From: Eledone cirrhosa
Lineage: Eukaryota
NCBI GenBank assembly: GCA_964016885.1
Contig: OZ024742.1
Location: 109,988,001-110,052,000 of the forward strand
Length of the DNA: 64,000 nucleotides
Direction of reading: 5' to 3'
Position numbers and translations under genes: made by a program. The notes beneath the pieces were generated by a model. That model searched no databases. It saw only the letters and a program-made list of their open reading frames with translations, and was not told the DNA's origin. Shown here piece by piece: positions 61,793 to 64,000 of this stretch (the first letter of the stretch is position 1; each line of letters starts with the position of its first letter).

Positions 61793-61964
61793 AATATGGT
61801 TTTATAAATATAGTTTCCATTTAGTTAATATAATTGAATATTATAATATTATACTCCAGAAAACCCGTCGAGTGCTCCAAATCATGCTAGCGTGGAAGAT
61901 GGACGTTAAACGAAGATGATGATGATGATTTGTTGAATTACCAACAAATTAAATATCCCTTTTG

Positions 61965-62007
<43 letters not shown>

Positions 62008-62479
62008 TCCGAATAAATTGGTGCGGAGTAGAGAAGCCCCCTTAGTCCAGTAAGACGACTTCCCTAGTGCTGGTGGCATGAATAAAAGCACCCAGTCTAT
62101 GCTGTAAAATGGAGGTAATGGTAGTACCATTCAGCTATTAAAAACCATGCAAAATTATGGAGTGGAGAGGGCCCCTGAGTCCAGTAAGACAACCTCTCTA
62201 GTGCTGGTGGCACGAATAAAAGCCCCACTCCATGCTGTAAAGTGATGCTGGTGTTAGGAAGGGCATCCAACCAGCGTATTAATGCCAAAACAATTATGAG
62301 CACAACAACAAATGTATATCGCAATAACTGCGTGAACAGCAATGCCACTAGCTATGTTAGGGCTACGGACGGTAGTGGGGTGGCTAGTGTGGCCATGTGC
62401 GAGAACCCCCCAACCGGCATCAAGCAATTGCACAACATGATTATAAATAATTTTTCTTTGCAAAAAAGGAAGAAATTTC

Positions 62480-63030
62480 AATGAAAGACGTCGTATCTCA
62501 GGGTTGCCACACTTAATGTTGGCACCCCGACAGGTACATCTGGTGAAACAGTGGAGATGCTAGAGAAAAGACGTGGATGTGTGCTGCGTGCAAGAGGTGA
62601 GATGGAGAGGTGCCTCAGCAAGACTAATCGCAGGCAAACATCTTAGTTATAAGCTTTTCTGGGTAGGTAATGATGATGGGTTAGGTGGGGTAGGCCTTTT
62701 ATTGGCTGAGAGGTGGATCAATAAGACAACAGAGGTAGTAATAGAATAATTAAGATTAGATTAGTTGTAGGCAAGAGACTGCTGACAATCATCTCTACCT
62801 ATTCTCCCCAGGTGGGCCTAGGTAAAGAAGAAAAGAAATGCTTTTACGAGCAACTTTTAGAAACAACCACAATGACAGAGGACAGAGACATAGTTATACT
62901 AGCAGGGGACTTCAATGGTCATGTAGGACAGCTTCAGGATGGATACACTGGGGTACATGGTGATCATAGTTATGGCTCAAGAAATGAAGAAAGAGTAAGA
63001 CTTCTTGAATTTTGTAATGCAAGTGAATTT
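62480..63030 (+). mobile_element. RTE LINE 5' part (endonuclease)
   Basis: LRVATLNVGT, CCVQEVRWRG and ILAGDFNGHVG...RLLEFCNA. Confidence 0.88.
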
Positions 63031-63430
63031 GTAGCGAAATCTGTCCACACCCTGTCCCCTGGGTGACATTTAACGGTCAAATTCTGGGTTACCTCCTTTT
63101 TGGCGTAAACAAGTTGATGCGTGGGTGATCCCTCGAGATAGGGGACAGAGGAAGCGACAACAGATATAAATAGCCTGTCTTAGATCAGGCAAAAGGCAGT
63201 TTGGAGCAGTTCTTGAGAGAATAAAGATGTAAAACATTCGCTTTCTACAGACCCCTTGAGGTCTACAGACTTCTACAGACCTTTACTCTCTCTCTCGACT
63301 GGTCTTCCAGGCTCTCACCTTCTCTGGCCACAGACTATTTCACCATGACTACCATTCTGATGACCGTAATACCATATGATAATTTTCCCTTTCGAAAATT
63401 TCACTGATAGAGAATTTGTCCTTACACCGA
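63030..63430 (+). mobile_element. Possible LTR fragment inserted into the RTE
   Basis: Starts TGTAGCGAA exactly where RTE homology stops, and contains tataaata, aataaa and ttcgctttctaca. The right boundary is uncertain. Confidence 0.35.
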
Positions 63431-63459
63431 GGAAGTCGCTTGACAAGCTGAAGACCACA

Positions 63460-64000
63460 GACAAGCATAACAGCCATTGAAACCAAGGACTTGTGTGCTG
63501 GAGCATTGTCCTGATGAATCAAGACCCCTTTCATCAATTTTCCTGGGTGTTTGCTCTTTTGTAACTGCCTCAGCAAGTTAGCATAGAACTCTCCATTGAT
63601 GGTGTGGCTCTTTTGAAGATAGTCAATAAACACTATGCTTTTTTCATCCCCCAAAACTGAGGCCATCACCTTCCCTGCAGATGAAACTGGCCTTCTTTGG
63701 AGCAGGTGAGGAGCAGTGTTTCCACTGCATGAATTGTCGCTTTATCTCTGGCTCAAAGTGTTGAAGACAACACTCATCCTGGGTTAGGAAACGTTTGAGG
63801 AAACTAGCTGGATCTGCCTTAAACGATGTCAGATTTTCCTACGATGTGATCAGCCTTGTGTGCTTTTCATTAGGTGTCTGAAGACGTGGCCCCCACAAAG
63901 CAGAAACCTTAGTCATGCCAAGTTCATTGTGCAGAATATTCCCAATTCTCTCACGTGACATGCTAATAACATTGGCTATTTGATTTATAATCAATCGCCT
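63460..64000 (-). mobile_element. Mariner transposase pseudogene fragment
   Basis: KVMASVLGDEKSIVFIDYLQKSHTINGEFYANLL...HQDNAPAHKS; it runs off the window end. Confidence 0.9.

Larger units (their letters stand above)
61500..61836. mobile_element. Hammerhead-bearing palindrome, copy 2 (probable inverted Penelope-like pseudo-LTRs)
   Basis: Self-complementary arms homologous to 1150-1505, with (TA)n at the left end. Confidence 0.8.

Noticed and set aside
63355-63410. ctgatga...cgaaa
   Set aside because: The intervening sequence does not form stem II, so this is likely chance.

Overview
This is AT-rich, intron-rich eukaryotic DNA dense in repeats. The RTE LINE plus tRNA-SINE landscape suggests an octopod cephalopod (inference only). 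Three host genes could be rebuilt by hand from GT-AG exons: an endosulfine/ARPP19 gene (+, last two coding exons, with the FDSGDY motif), ribosomal protein RPS17 (-, 5 exons, 136 aa, TCT/TOP-like start) and alpha-methylacyl-CoA racemase AMACR (+, 6 firm exons and 1 candidate start exon, ~385 aa, ending in the PTS1 signal SKL). RPS17 and AMACR lie head-to-head. The rest is decayed mobile DNA: many RTE LINE fragments, a young CR1-like LINE, two Buster/Charlie hAT relics, Tc1/mariner relics, Helitron/Helentron-like pieces, MITEs and SINEs. The most notable unexplained structure is a pair of related ~350-bp palindromes (about 1150-1505 and 61500-61836) attached to (TA)n tracts. Each arm carries a type I hammerhead ribozyme motif with a palindromic stem III, so each locus has a hammerhead motif on both strands. 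They are most likely inverted pseudo-LTRs of a Penelope-like retroelement. Repeat boundaries are approximate and no alignments or database searches were run.
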